Assembly: GCF_018350175.1 (NCBI RefSeq)
Contig: NC_058380.1
Coordinates: 44,268,001-44,332,000, forward strand
Reading direction: 5' to 3'
Length of the DNA stretch: 64,000 nt
From: Felis catus
Lineage: Eukaryota
Position 1 is the first letter of the stretch. Every line of letters starts with the position of its first letter. This document shows positions 37,728 to 51,266 of this stretch, one piece after another. A model generated the notes under the pieces. The model ran no database searches and had not been told where the DNA came from. It saw nothing but the letters and a program-made list of their open reading frames with translations. The translations under genes were made by a program, and so were the position numbers.

Positions 37728-37950
37728 TTCTTTTTTTTTTTTAATTAATGCTTATTTATTTTTGAGAGAGACAGAGAGACAGAGTGTGAGCACGGGAGGG
37801 CAGACAGAGAGGGAGATACAGAATCCAGAGTAAGCTCCAGGCTCTGAGCTGTCAGCACAGAGCCTGATGTGGGGCTTGAACCCACGAATCACGAGATCAT
37901 GACCTGAGCCGAATTTGGATGCTAAATCGAATGAACCAACCAGGTGCCCC
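37728..37950 (-). mobile_element. CAN-SINE (SINEC_Fc type)
   Basis: gctccaggctctgagctgtcagcacagagcctgatgtggggcttgaacccacg...caggtgcccc. Confidence 0.95.
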
Positions 37951-38584
37951 TCAAAACCTCTCTTCTGGAAAGAGATGAACCTCAAAGTCTATGGGAAGAC
38001 TGGAAGGTACCCTTCAGAAGTCTTGAACCTGAAAATCTACAAGGAAAGAAATCTTACGACTTAATCAGATGCACAATCATCACTGTCTCCTTCCCTTTTC
38101 AGTCTTAGCACACTACCAAAAACATTAAGGAGGGAGGGATCAAATAAATCCCTAAAAAAAGAAACACTAAGAGATTTAAGTTCAAATAACTTCTACCATT
38201 GGTTGTTGGGTAATTATTCTACTATCTCTGCCCATTAGGAAACTAAGAATCTCAAAGGTTAGTGAAATATTGGAGGTGGCAGCCCAGGACACAGAAATAA
38301 CCCGCTTCACAACTCTGGTTTAAAGAAACACATTGGGATGGAGAGAAAGGGTGGAAATTAAGTAAAAAGTGTGGCAACAGAAGCTCACATCTTGGAGCAA
38401 AGCCTTTTGACGGTTTGTTTAATTCCCATGATCATGAAATATTTGGGATAGTAGGAAAAAATTTCAGAAGAATAGGTATGGCCCAAAATGGAGAGAGTGA
38501 AAATGAAATTGTTTAGTGACAGTTAAGGAACAGCATTTTGCCTTTTAAATAGTCGTCATAAGAGAAGAAAAAAATGCAGGATGA

Positions 38585-38850
38585 GTAGTAGCATCTTATA
38601 GTTGTTAAGAATATGGAATTCAGGACCATACTTCTCAGATTCATTTTCCTATTTTTGTCATTTATTAGCAGTGTGCCCTTGGACAAGTTACTTAATCTCT
38701 CTATGCTTTAGTTTCCTCCTCTGTAAAGTAGGGATACAAGGAGTAACTATTTCGGAATGTTGTAAGGGTTAAATGGATTAATACATGTAAAGTGATTAGA
38801 CCAGTGCTTGGTACATAGGAAGCACTATGGATTAGCTCCATCATCATTAC
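38585..38850 (+). mobile_element. MIR SINE, near full length
   Basis: cttggacaagttacttaatctctctatgctttagtttcctcctctgtaaagt...gtgcttggtacatag. Confidence 0.9.
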
Positions 38851-40364
38851 AATACATATTAGGAGTCAGAAGGGAGAATAATGGCAAATTATAAGACAAA
38901 AGCATGCCCAAGGTTGTGAACTGGATTAGAGAACCAAGTGGCTTCTGGGAAGGGTAAAATTCCACTTTTCAGGATGGAGGGAGGTGATTTGTGTAGGACA
39001 CTGCAGGGTGGTTGGCTGGGCATATCCTGGGTTGGCAGCTGAGTGAGGAGGAGGTGACACGACAGATTATACTTCCTTGAGTTGGCTCCAGACCATGTCC
39101 CTGTCCCACGAATTGGCGTAGTCTGAAGGATATAGGATTGGTAAGGCTATGCCGGCATTTCATATCCCATATAGCTTAGTGGTATAGTGGGCCTGGTTTT
39201 GATCAGGAAGCTCTGGAGGCTGGAAAATTCAGAGAAGGCAGAACCCAAGCCTGGACCAAAAGACCCCTCCACACCCCGGGAACTTGGCAAGTTTCTGTTC
39301 AACATTTGAAGTTGCTCGTGAGAAGGAAAAGGAAAATATCTGGATCAGAACCATAAATTCAATTTCTGCTGGAGCCCTTTCTCATTAGGTAACATTCTGG
39401 ACGACAAGTTCACAAATCCAGGAAGCCAGGCAGTGCAGGAATGATCTGTGAACATGTCCAGTATGAGCACCTCTCACATCTGTTGAAAGTCATGGTTTGG
39501 ATAAAGAATGAAACAAGGTCCCAGTCAAAGCTTGAAAAAACCTTATCCCATGAGAGGGCAGTTGCTCATAACAGGTGAGATGGGGCATTTGTTGTGATCT
39601 ACTCTAAAATTGTTAGAAAATACAATTAAGGAATTTCCAGTAAGGCAAGGGGACAGGGGATCTTCATGATGCAGAATTGCATTATAACTGACCAGTTGAC
39701 ATCTACACAATCACATATTATCAGCGTTTCCAAACTTTACTGATCATATATACCATTACCAAAAAATTCTGAGCCGGTATCATATATGTAATGTGAATGT
39801 CTATCATCTATCTATCCATCCATCGTCTATTTCATTTATATACTACTGTCAAACATTATATAAACATAGACTGGTTTCTTATCTCTCTTTTTAAGAAAAT
39901 AATCTTACTTATAAAGTTGGTACAAAGAAGACAGTAATCCTCACTTTATAAATGGAGAGAGTTCAGTGGGAAGTTCCTCCGCCTATTTCTGCACTCAGGT
40001 TACTAAGCACCTGTGTTAATTCACTTAATTTGGGAATTAACAACCCAGTGCCACTGACATCTCTCATTCCCCCCAACCCCAAATCCAGATGTTGTTGATA
40101 TACTTTGTTGTATCACTTAAGCAATTCTCACAACTGCTAACGAATCATTTCGATATGCCAGTCAAACACAATCTGTTAGTGGTATTCTGGCTTTAGTCAC
40201 ACAAATTTCCTTTGACTAGTAAAGAACCCCCAATGCACCCCCATATTAAGTCTGGATTGCCTTACTTCTTTGAAGGACGGAGTGTCTAAGATGATGTGAA
40301 TTTTAAGGAGAAGTCCAACAAATCACAGACTGGTTTGCCACAAATCAAACAGATTGCAGTCATA

Positions 40365-40585
40365 ATGGATAACATTTATTGAAAGTTCAATATGTGCCAA
40401 GTGCTTTATGTATAAATATCTCATTGAACCCCCAAATAAGTATTATAGCCATTCTGCAACCTTTAGTAAGTAAGGACCCTGAGGCGGATGGAAGTTGGAT
40501 AATTTGTCCAAGGCCACAGACCTAGTTAGTGGCAGAGTTGGGATGTGAATTCAGACAGCTGGGCTCCAGAGCCTAAGTGCTGGAG
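40365..40585 (-). mobile_element. MIR SINE
   Basis: aacatttattga...atgtgccaagtgc...tgtccaaggccacagacctagttagtggcagagttgggatgtgaa. Confidence 0.8.
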
Positions 40586-43500
40586 AAATAAGAAAGTGGA
40601 ATTTTCCCTGCAGTGGCCTGCGGGAAGGAGACTGGAGGCACTAGACTCCAAATACAATAAAAAGTTTATGTAAATTAAAAGCTATTTATGAGCTCTGACT
40701 TCCAACGGAGGCAAGAAAATAGTATTGCCAAGTGATTGATTTGAACACAAAATGACAGATTTTATTTGTGCTTGTTTGGTACAAAAAGTTGATGCCTGGG
40801 AATGCAGAAAGAATAGAGGTTATTTTCTTATCTTTGTCCCTCCCAGCATTATTATTTAGACTCACCTATTAATTGCCATGAATTTTCAACATTGGTTTTG
40901 TCTCCTGAAGGTCATGGAGGCACTTTTTATGACCTTCACAATAGCACAGGTTTGAGTAACTCTGCAAATGAGTTTATCCATATATCAGGTTGACTTGTAT
41001 CAAGGACTTTATAGCTCAGCAGTAGGTGGGAAAAGTGGGGCCCTCTTGTGGTCCCGTTTATCACTGTGGATGTATGATACTAGTCTATATTTAGTTTATT
41101 TGGAAGCACGGTGTCCCCAGTGTTCAATTTATTGCTGTCACTTGAAGGACCAGTGCTGTTTGTTTCAAGGAAAGAGCAATGAAAAAAAATTAACCACGAT
41201 CCCAGTGCCTGAAGCATCAATGAGAGACTCTGAATAGCAAGTTTTGAATTAAAAAATTCTGTCATTTAACAGTACTTATTTGATAATATTTATTGGACAC
41301 TTACTATATGCCAGGCATTCTTCCAGGTTCTAGGGACACCGAGGTGACCAAAAAAATCTCTGTCCTCATGGAGCTAACATCCCAGAATATGTTGTTATGA
41401 AATTAGACAGAAAGGACAGCAGTTAGATCACTTAAAATTAAGTGGTATATGTAAGGATGTACCTAAGTGAATTAATGGTGGTCTGGCCATAACTTTTACA
41501 ATCAACTTTACGATTAATTTAGTAATCATGCATTTAACCTGCATTCTGGTTTGAAGAGAAGCTAGCAAAAACTATGAAGAATATAAAGAACACGATTCTG
41601 TCTATAAAATTATAAACCCAACAGATGGAAAGGGCACTAGATATTTAAAGTGCATCTTGAAAGCAATAAAATTGGAAGTCTGATTAATTTTTGGCAATAT
41701 TATTGGCAACAAAGTTTCTTAAAAAAAACTTTCACATTTTTAAGATAAAAAAAAAAGAAACTCTGAACTCTAAGGAGAACAGAAGACTATAATTTGAATG
41801 TAACTTTGTGATTTGGGTATATGTAACTTTTCTCCTTTATGATCTCCTAGGTATTGTGTAACCTCATTAATACAACTTATTGATTCTCGACCGCATTTTA
41901 ACTTGTGATCCTGGAAATTTCACTGGCGCCATGCTGGCGCCTGGTTCCTACAGGACTTGGTATCATTTCCATATGTGCAGAAAACGGGAGATGCCAGATT
42001 TGCTGAACTTGGTTTTGGAATTCCCAGGAAGCAAATGTGTATCATGTAAATCCAACTTAAATAGTTACTAATACAAATGAAAAATGTAATTAAGCTTTGG
42101 GAAAACAACAAAGGGCACAAATATGAAGTATATAATATTCTCTGTCGAAAATGTACTGATATTGAGAATTGGTCCCATTTCTTGACCTGCTCTCCTGTTC
42201 CCAAGAGAGCCCAGGATGGAGCTCAGATCGTTCATGTCATGGAGGTGGGACAGCAATGGCGGTCCCTTGGAACACTGCTTGGCTATATCTATATTCCATT
42301 CACCCTCTGTCTATCTCCCTATCTTCTCCCCAGTTCATTCTTTTATATTATTTGTCGCATTTCTCTCTTTCCTGTTACTGAACACCCTTCAGATGGCAGA
42401 GACCACTTTTTATTTCCATTTTATATTATTCTACAGTGCCTAGCATAGTGGTGCTAGATTCTCAGTAAGTGCATGTTTAATAATAAATAGGTGAGATTAG
42501 ATATATTTTTAAATTAGCGTATATGCTCAAATATAACAAAGTTGGAGGCAAATGGCTTCTTTTCAGCCCAACACTGAACTATGTCACTTTTCTCTTACTT
42601 GATACGGCTAATGACTCACTGTCTCCTGACTCCTCCTCCCATGTATCTGAGATGTATGCTCTGACCAGACCTGTATTTCCTCATTCTTGTGGAAATGTAA
42701 CAATATAAAACCTCCCCTCTTTGAACTCCTCCTGTTTCAGAAATGGCATTTCACAATTATTCTGCATTGCCAGTGTTTGCCATTTTGTCTGCTTGGTTGA
42801 GATTGTAACCTTCTTGAACACAGGCGTCTTAACAACATTGGACATCGATGTCTTGATTGGCAGTTACAGAGAGGTGGGTCTAGAGCTTTGCAAGGGAGGT
42901 GGATGCTCAAAAAGGTGGGAAAGTCACTCTGAGACAGAAAAGAGTTGAGGAGCTTGGATCCAGTGTTGAGGCTTAGGCCATGGTCAGCAGAAACAATTTT
43001 GACTAGTACAGAGGGCCATCAATGAACAATTCTTTGGCTTAGTCCCTGGGACCATGTGCCTAGACACTATTGCATGGGTCCTTTAACCTGAGAGAGCCAG
43101 TCTTCCTTCTGGTAGCCTAACACAGGTGGACCTGTAATACCAGTGGCAGAGGACAAGGTGGTAGTGATCTCTTTTAGCCAGAAGTGCAAGTATTGATTGG
43201 AACAAGGCCATCGTGTAATAAGTGGACAAAATGGCATTAAAGAACAGTTCTATTGGGCACCGACCATGATACACCTGAGCACCCTGGAAAAGTAGAGTGC
43301 ATCGTAAGGACTAGGAGTCCCAACAACGGGTTTGACATGAAGGTGCTTAAATTCTCAATCATCCCCCTAAGACTGATGCAATCTAGGGAAGTGAGAATCA
43401 CACTGAGGTTCACGTTTATCCTCAACATCTTCTCAGCTCACTTATCTTTCCTACCCAGAAGGCAGTCCTGGCAAATCACTATTTTAGCTATTTTATTTGT

Positions 43501-43877
43501 GTCCCAACCCTGGATATGACCAAGTTATTCCCTCTTGCTCCATTTGCCACATAGCTTCCTTCATCTTCAAAATCACTCTTTCGTTCCCTCTTCGACACAT
43601 GCTTCACGAACACCTTATTTATATGTGCTAAACTAGTCTAGGTATGGCGATACAACAGTGAACAACACAGCCCAAATCCTTGCTCTCATGGGACTTATAT
43701 TCTGGTTTAAATCTCTCTTCTCAGACCTAGTCTTCCAATCAAGTAGCAACAGCAGAGTTAATATATAAAATCCCTGCTGACTTTTGCTGAGCACTAACCA
43801 CACTTGAGATACTGTGCTAAATGCTCATCATCATCACAATCCTAAGTGGTAGGAAGTAATAGGAAGCACTTAAAAAA

Positions 43878-44805
43878 ACCTTTTCAATTTGAAATAATCA
43901 CAAATTAACAGGTAGTTGCAAAAAAAAAAATGTGCAGGGAGGGCCTATGCACCCTTTAGCTGGGCTCCCCCCCGAGATAACATTTCACATTAACTACAGT
44001 ACAATCTCACATCCAAGAAGCTGACATTGGTGGAATCTATAGAGTTCATTCAGATTTCACCAGTTATATGTCCACTTACTTGTGACTGCGTACGGTGTGC
44101 GTGTCACCCTAGGCAATTTAATCACATGTATAGCTTCATGTGACCACCACTGCATTTAAGATATTTAACTGTATCATTACCACAAGCTTCCCATATGCTA
44201 CCCCTTTATATCTACACCCATCCCCTCTCCTCATCCCTAGCCCCCATAACCAAGATCTGGTATTCATCTAAGTTATTTTATGACTGTTACATAAGTGGAG
44301 TCATGCAGTATGTTATCCTTTTGAGACTGGCTTTTTCCACTAAGTACAACTTCCTTGAGGCTCATCCAAGCTGTTGCATGTATCGATAGTTTAGTCCTTT
44401 TTCACTGTTGAGTGGTATTCTGTGGTATGGATGTACCACATCCACCCACTGAAGGACCTTTGGATGGTTTCCGGTGTGGGGCTATTGTGAATAAAGCTGC
44501 TAGGAACATTGATGTACAGATTTCTGCATAAAAGTAAGTTTAATTTCTCTGGGATATGTGCCCAAGAATACAACTGCTGGGTCGCAAGACCATTTTTAGT
44601 TTTAGAAAGAACTATTTTCCAGAGTGGCTATGCCATTTTATAGTCCCACAATATATGTATGAATGCTTAAGCTCTTTTGCATTCTTGCCAGCACTTGGTA
44701 TTATCATCATTTATTTCAGCCATTCTAATAGGTACATTGGTATCTCATTGTGATTTTAATGGGCATTTCCCTAATGGCTTATGATGTCGAACACTTTTCA
44801 TGTAT
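43878..44805 (-). mobile_element. Old LINE-1 (L1MC/L1MD type) 3' region
   Basis: ttgaaataatcacaaattaacaggtagttgcaaaa...agagttcattcagatttcaccag...gggctattgtgaataaagctgct...gcatttccctaatggct. Confidence 0.85.
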
Positions 44806-45829
44806 TTAACTTGCTGGATTCAAGGCATCACTCGCTTTGCTTTCCCTAAGTAAGGATAAAACATCCTCTGAATTCACCTTCCATGAAGGATAGAAGGGAA
44901 TTTATTCAGAAAATGGAAGCCATCTAATCTTCATTAAACTATTTAAGGAAATCTAGAGCTCTAATTATTAGCTTTTCTTTGAATAAGAAGTACATGATTT
45001 TAAAAGGAAACTGTATTTTTCCAGTGTCATGCATCCTTCTAATCATATAAAAACAAAGTATAAACAGAAAGATGAAACAGGTCTGACATTAAGTGAAGAT
45101 AGTGCTCTATTTTTGCTGATGAAATTATAATGGACTGATGATGTTGGAAGGTTCAGGCCTTAAAATAAAATTTCTGGTTCCAGATAGTGACTGTGGTCTC
45201 CTAGGGCATATCTTATCTGTTATCTGTCAATAGCATCACGGAAATTGTGTACTTTTGGAAACAGATGCAGCCTTGCAGTAACAGAAATGGAAAAGATATG
45301 TTCTGGGAATCCGAACTGCATTACAGTCAAATAGGGCCAGGAGCTATAGATATTATGGTTAGCACCATCTTCTTGGCCAAATATTCAGCACTATTTTCAG
45401 TACTGGAATTAAAAATCTGTTGCAGAATTAGGGGACAGTGACATGGGGAGTATCCTGTTGAAGAAGCTTTCTTTGTAACTACTGCTGGCTCTGAAGCCTT
45501 GGTGTTAACCATTGGGAACTTATCAAAATTGTTCTGTGTACTTCAGTTTGTATCAGGTCCTACTACCTGAGCGTATTGCCCAGATAGCATCTTAAATGCT
45601 AATAATAATAATATAATGTCGTATAATGTATAATATGTCACTGCTGAAAGTTTATCATTTACTAAATTATAGTACTGTCATTGGACATCTTTGGGCAGGA
45701 TTCTAAATCACAGTGAAAAACATACTGGACCTAAGGGAAAATGATGCTCAACTGAATGAAGAAAATCCAGTCTGAAAGTAAAAGACTGTGCTTATGGTAA
45801 CATTTTTCTCAAAATAATGTGTCTATTCT

Positions 45830-46065
45830 CTAAGTTTTTATAATAAAAAGTTCAAGCAAGAGTTTGAACAATAATACAGTGAGTAGCCATAGTCCCAACA
45901 CTTAGATTCAATAATTTTTACCAGTTTCTGTATTTCCTTTATCTATATCTCTAATTTTCTGAGTCATTTTAAAGTAATGTGAAGATGTCATGCATTCTTC
46001 ACCCTTACACATCTCACATGCTATCTTCTGACGATATGGGCATTCTTCTACATAATAATACCATG
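45830..46065 (-). mobile_element. Old LINE-1 (L1MC4/5-like) 3' fragment
   Basis: gagtcattttaaagtaatg...cttcacccttacacatc...gggcattcttctacataat. Confidence 0.55.
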
Positions 46066-46215
46066 CGCTCGTGCATTTGTATGTATGTCATAGGTGACAT
46101 GGCTTTAACAGGTTAACACCGTGTAATGGGTTTTTCGAGAACATGATCAAATAGGTTTGTATTTACACTTTTGTCCCCAAAGTTAGTCATTAAGTATATG
46201 TGAAACAAAATATCT

Positions 46216-46300
46216 ACGCTATAAGTCAATCAGCGAAAGACAAACACCGTATGATTTCACTCATATGTGGAATTTAAGAAACAAAACAAGTGAGCAAAGG

Positions 46301-46349
<49 letters not shown>

Positions 46350-46575
46350 CAAACCAAGAAACAGACTCTTAACTATAGAGAACAAACTGATGGCTACCAG
46401 AGGAGAGGCGGGTGGAGGGATGGGTGAAATAGGTGACAGGGATTAAGGAGGGCACTTGTCGTGATGAGCACTGAGTGATGTATGGAAGTGCCGAATCACT
46501 ACATTGGACACCTGAAACTAATATAGCACTGTCTGGTAGCTATACCGGAATTGAAAGAAAAACCTAATTAAAAAA
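46216..46575 (+). mobile_element. Carnivore LINE-1 3' end, 5'-truncated, with (GA)n
   Basis: gaaagacaaacaccgtatgatttcactcatatgtggaatttaagaaac...gagaacaaactgatgg...cacctgaaactaatata. Confidence 0.9.
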
Positions 46576-46749
46576 CATCCATTTTATCTGCTAAGATTTC
46601 CTTCCCTTCCCTACTCAGGTCAACAATCATTTGGTTCATTAAACAAAAAAGTTGCTCCAGACACAGTGCTCCTTTCCTGCCTGCATTAGCGTACTGCTGA
46701 ACAATACTAGCCATACAGACCTCCATTAATACAAACTACTTAATGCGGG

Positions 46750-46918
46750 AATGTGGGGTCCACAGTCTAGATTGAGGTGAGCTTATCTCTGTTTCAGATT
46801 GCCTGAAATGGTAAACTTTTGTGTATGTATCCATTTTCAGGGGTAGGGAGAAGAGCATCCACTGTGGCCATCAGATTCTCAAAAGTGCAACCCTAAAAAA
46901 AAGGTTGAGAACCATTGA
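46750..46918 (+). mobile_element. MER103-like hAT-Charlie fragment
   Basis: catcagattctcaaaagtgcaacccta...ggttgagaaccattg. Confidence 0.55.
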
Positions 46919-47844
46919 TTTAATGCTTTCAAAATGCTTACCCTTTGGAAGCTGGGAGATATTATTACCAAGGGCATAAATTATCAACTGCTAACTGACA
47001 GAAAGGAGGAATTTCAAAAAGACTCGTCTATTCTATCCAATCGACAGCCTGGTGCCACTGAACTGGGTTCTGGCACAGAGCTAGAGAAGACGGCAGCACG
47101 AAGCATATTACACACACTGACAAGTTCCCAATTAGTTCAAAGTCTTCAGGAAAATGATCTGAATGTCACTGCAGATGGCCTAACTCTATTCGGTGGGCAG
47201 AGTCCAGGCAGAGTGCCAGAGGCCCACTCTGGAGATCAGGCCCCTACCTTGCCCGGACTGTGTCTGTTCCCAATGTAGCCCCTCTCCAGGCTTTGGTGGC
47301 CTTTAGGGAGGTTTCCAACTGCGACTGAGCTCACCTTGAAGAAACGCAGAAGGGGAAGCAGAGAAACCCAAAATAAACAAGTGAGAAAAAGGAAAAGCGT
47401 CTCCAGATACCTGGACGTTTTAAAAACGGGTGAACTTTCTTGCAAATGCCAAAAGGAACAAAACAAGGGTAGGAAGAAGCACCAGGTGCTGTGCTTAGTA
47501 TTCTTACATGGCTGTCTCACAGCATTAGCAGAAGTAGCAGGACCTCCTTAGCATCTCTGTTTCATAGCCGGAAACAAGTGAAGCTCAGAGAAGTGTAGCA
47601 ATTGGATGGGGGTAAGGACAGCTAGTTAGTTACTCAGGCAGCTGGGGTGAGAACCCTGTCTGTTGAATGCACGTTTTGTTGTTTTGTAAATATTCACTCG
47701 GGTGAGGGAGGATAGGTATGGAATGCACAATGAAAAAGAACAACAAACAAGTGACATCGGCTCACACTGTGGGGTCATTTGCTTACTGCGCTTTATTTTG
47801 AGCTAGCTTCTGTTGAAAAATGCATGGTGAGAGACAAGTCAATA

Positions 47845-48030
47845 GCACTTAGCATCTGAACCACTTGATTTAAATGCATTATCTCATTTAATATTAGAGG
47901 TCCATAAGCATTACCAATCCCACTTTACTGCTGAGAAAGTAGCCTGGAGAGGCCGAGTGAAGAGCCCAAGGCTACAGATACAGTACTTGATAAAGTTGGG
48001 GTTCACACCCAAAACTGGCCCAGGAGCCAG
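47845..48030 (-). mobile_element. MIR SINE
   Basis: atgcattatctcatttaat...cccactttactgctgagaaa...cccaagg. Confidence 0.6.
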
Positions 48031-48340
48031 TGTTCTCCTTCTCTGTAGGCTTGAGGCTATGGACCAGGTGGGATCAGGACACATGTTAACACCTGGGAGG
48101 GCACCAACTTTGAGGCCACCAGAGAACACTTAGTTGAATGAGAAAAGGTTACTTTCTTTCTCAAATGAACCCTTGGTTTATCCAATAAACACATTCTTGA
48201 GAAGTTTTATAGAAAACCGAGTTTTAGCAAATTGAATTGATCTTTACTGCCAATGGGTATCCATTAGGCAGATGATTCTAATATGTTCTGTTTACCCACA
48301 CTGTACATCCACAAATCAACATTTAAACTTCCTGGGATAC

Positions 48341-48573
48341 GGGGTGGCTGGGTGGCTCAGTTGGTTAAATGTCTGACTTTGGCTCAGGTTATGATCTTGT
48401 GGTCTGTGAGTTACAGCCCCATGTCAGGCTCTGTGCTGACAGCTCAGAGCCTGGAGCCTGCTTTGGATGCTGTGTCTCCCTCTCTCTCTGTGCACCAGCT
48501 ACCACGCCCCCCCCCCCCCCCGCCCCCTGCTCACTCTCTCTCTCCCTCTCAAAAACAAATAAATATAAAAAAA
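48341..48573 (+). mobile_element. CAN-SINE (SINEC_Fc type) with a poly-C expansion
   Basis: ggggtggctgggtggctcagttggtt...gtgctgacagctcagagcctggagcctg; TSD taaac(t/a)tcctg(g/a)gatac at 48324-48340 and 48574-48590. Confidence 0.95.
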
Positions 48574-48666
48574 TAAACATCCTGAGATACCTCAAGGAAT
48601 CTCTATTTTTTTTTATAATGGGATAATTATTTCCCAGTGAGTTAGATTTTGATATTTGCGTTCTGA

Positions 48667-49146
48667 CATTAAGAACAAAAATAATTAAGAAAATAAGTAA
48701 TGGGAAACCTCACTAAAATGGAGACAGGAGATAGGCAGGGGGAGCTCTCATAGTCAATTGCAGACCCAACAGGAACACATGAACTTGATGTTACATGGAC
48801 TTGACCTTGCACGTGGATACTACTCTACTATTCCAGCTGGAGGAAGAGACTTATTCCTTACCTCCCCCTGCCACCCTTGCTCCCCGCTCCCTGCCACCCA
48901 CCAATAGCTCAGCCAATGAAAAGCCACCATACTTTGAACTCCCAGTTTACTCCAGTGGATTTTTAGTTTATAACAAGCCTTCCCAAATCACCCCTTTTCT
49001 CCTCAAAAAAGTGTACCTCTCCTTTGTTCCTCAGATTTGCCTACTATTTTGCTGCAGGTTGTTTGTCCCAGATTGCAATTCTCTCATTCTTGAATAAACC
49101 CATCTTTTGTTGGCAAAATAACTGGCAGTTTTTTTTAAGGATAACA
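48667..49146 (+). mobile_element. Carnivore ERV1 solo LTR (CarLTR1-like)
   Basis: ttaagaacaaaaataatt...gtaatgggaaacctcactaaaatggag...two CCAAT boxes...aataaacccat...aaaataactggc...ataaca terminus. Confidence 0.75.
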
Positions 49147-49179
49147 CAGGGTACGGTTCAAGAGGATAAAGCAACGGAA

Positions 49180-49385
49180 AGACACTACAGAATAATGAAA
49201 GTGCTTTAAACAGCCCTGGCTTTGCCAATTACTAGTTGTGTGGCCTCCAGCCAGTTACTAAAGGGCTGTACGCCTCAATTCCTATACCGTAATATGTAGA
49301 TGACAGCTATCTCAGAGGGCACTGTTTAATTATCAAATTAAGTAAGATGATACATGTAAAATTCCTGGATCCCTACTGGCACTTA
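49180..49385 (+). mobile_element. MIR SINE
   Basis: ttactagttgtgtggcc...gcctcaattcc...atacatgtaaa. Confidence 0.6.
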
Positions 49386-49763
49386 AAAAAACATACGTGA
49401 GAATAGGAAATAGTAAGAATCTATAATTGAAACAATTCGATATCTAAACTCAGAAGATGTCAGTCTAGTTGGGATTCCTGCCTCGAACAAATACTGAATC
49501 TCTCAGAAACTTTGGGCAAGAGTTTCAATCTCCTATAACCATCGAGAACCGGGCAAGTCAGTCATTATCATCCCAGATAAGTGAGAATGTAATGTGCTTC
49601 AATTTTTCCATTTTCTCATCAGACAGTCACCATTTTGCATTTGCAGGTGGTTTTAGCAACACAAAAATTCTCTCCCACGCCTCTCCCATGATAACGTTAA
49701 AAAAATCACAAGGTGAAGCTGCTATACTATAGGTAAATGAGTAGGCTTTCCAATTTTATTAAT

Positions 49764-50187
49764 TGTGGTAGTTTGTTTGCAAAATGATTACAACTATCCT
49801 CCTCCCTGTATCCAGGTACCTCTGCAACAGTGGCTTTGTAGTTTCCTCCCATCAGAAGGTGGAGTTTATTTCCCTTCCCCCTGATCTGAGCTAGTCTTAC
49901 GACTTGGTTTGGCCAATAGAATGTATTAGAAGTGACAATGTGCCAGTTTCCAGCCTAGACCTCAAGGGACCGTGCATGCATCCAGATGTTCCCTTGGAAT
50001 TCTGCACAGCCACCATGTGAACAAGTCCAGCCTCGCCTGCTAGCTGTCCCCTGTCATGCCAGCCATCACCCAGTCAGATGACAGAAATTGCAAGTGAGTG
50101 TATGTGCGTGGTACGCACTCAGGTGTTTTTCTCACCCATGGTCTTGTTTGGACATGTGGGTCACATTGACAATATCTGGATAACTAA
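49764..50187 (+). mobile_element. MLT1 (MLT1H-like) solo LTR
   Basis: tgtggtag...tcctcccatcagaaggtggagtttatttccc...ttggccaatagaatg...gaagtgac...gcctagacctcaag...caccatgtgaacaag. Confidence 0.8.
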
Positions 50188-50658
50188 TTTCCAGTTGTAA
50201 TGACGACAACATTTCTCATTAGTGGATTCTCAAATCTCAAATAGGGAAACTGAGATAGACACATTTCCTGTAATATTAGAGCTGCACTGAGAGTCAATAG
50301 CTTTTAGGCCCTGCTAAATCTACTTATCCACAGTTACTCACTGAGGAAGCAAATCAACCTTTAAAATATAAGGCATAGTAATGAAGGAAGTGGCGGGGGG
50401 TGGGGGGAGGCTAAGAGAAAGAAAATAGCTCTTGTTAACTTGGAAAGCCTACGAATATTTATTCTATTAACCAAACCTCAAACCATATGCACTCTTAAAA
50501 ATATGTTTGGGAATGGATTTCTAAGATCCTTCATGCTTCAATATAATAACTGGATAAAAAACTTAGATGAATGAAGAACTTTAAGCTGCCTGAAGAAATT
50601 AGTTACCGGTTGAGAACGTGGTAAATAAGAAAAATCTCTCTGTTGGAGAAGTCACAAA

Positions 50659-50798
50659 NNNNNNNNNNNNNNNNNNNNNNNNNNNNNNNNNNNNNNNNNN
50701 NNNNNNNNNNNNNNNNNNNNNNNNNNNNNNNNNNNNNNNNNNNNNNNNNNNNNNNNNNNNNNNNNNNNNNNNNNNNNNNNNNNNNNNNNNNNNNNNNN
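50659..50798. other. Assembly gap (140 N)
   Basis: Run of N. Confidence 0.99.
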
Positions 50799-51037
50799 CT
50801 GAGTACTCACTGCATAAGTAGGATCAGATCTATTTGGAAAATAAGGAGTTCAATATTCACCTTTTTAGGTGGTGAAGTTGGGTGCCTTTCTGTATTGTTG
50901 GGCGACACATCTTCAGATGTCTTGGGTTTATCTTAGGTCACTTAAACATTTTTAAAAACTTAAACTAATACTTGGGGTTTTGACCACAACAGCAATACAC
51001 ATTCATTTGGACAGCGCGGGTCTTGACAGGGGGTTTG

Positions 51038-51266
51038 CAGAACCAGGACAAGGGTGAGGAAAATGGCTCATTTACCTCATGCACAAAAATTTCAGGAGGC
51101 ACCAGAAAACTCGGTAATATAAAGGATATAAAGGCAATGTTTCAAAAATCAAAGTTAATGCCCAAATTCCATGACTAACAGAAGATCAAGATTTTAAGTA
51201 AAGACAGGCTTTGATCCTGTATCTGCCTGACCCTTTCTCGCTTACCTTACCTGGATCCTGGCCCTG
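51038..51266 (+). mobile_element. MER96B-like hAT-Tip100 MITE, full length
   Basis: TIRs cagaaccaggacaagggtgagg ... ctggatcctggccctg; internal aaaatcaaagttaatgcccaaattccatga. Confidence 0.75.
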
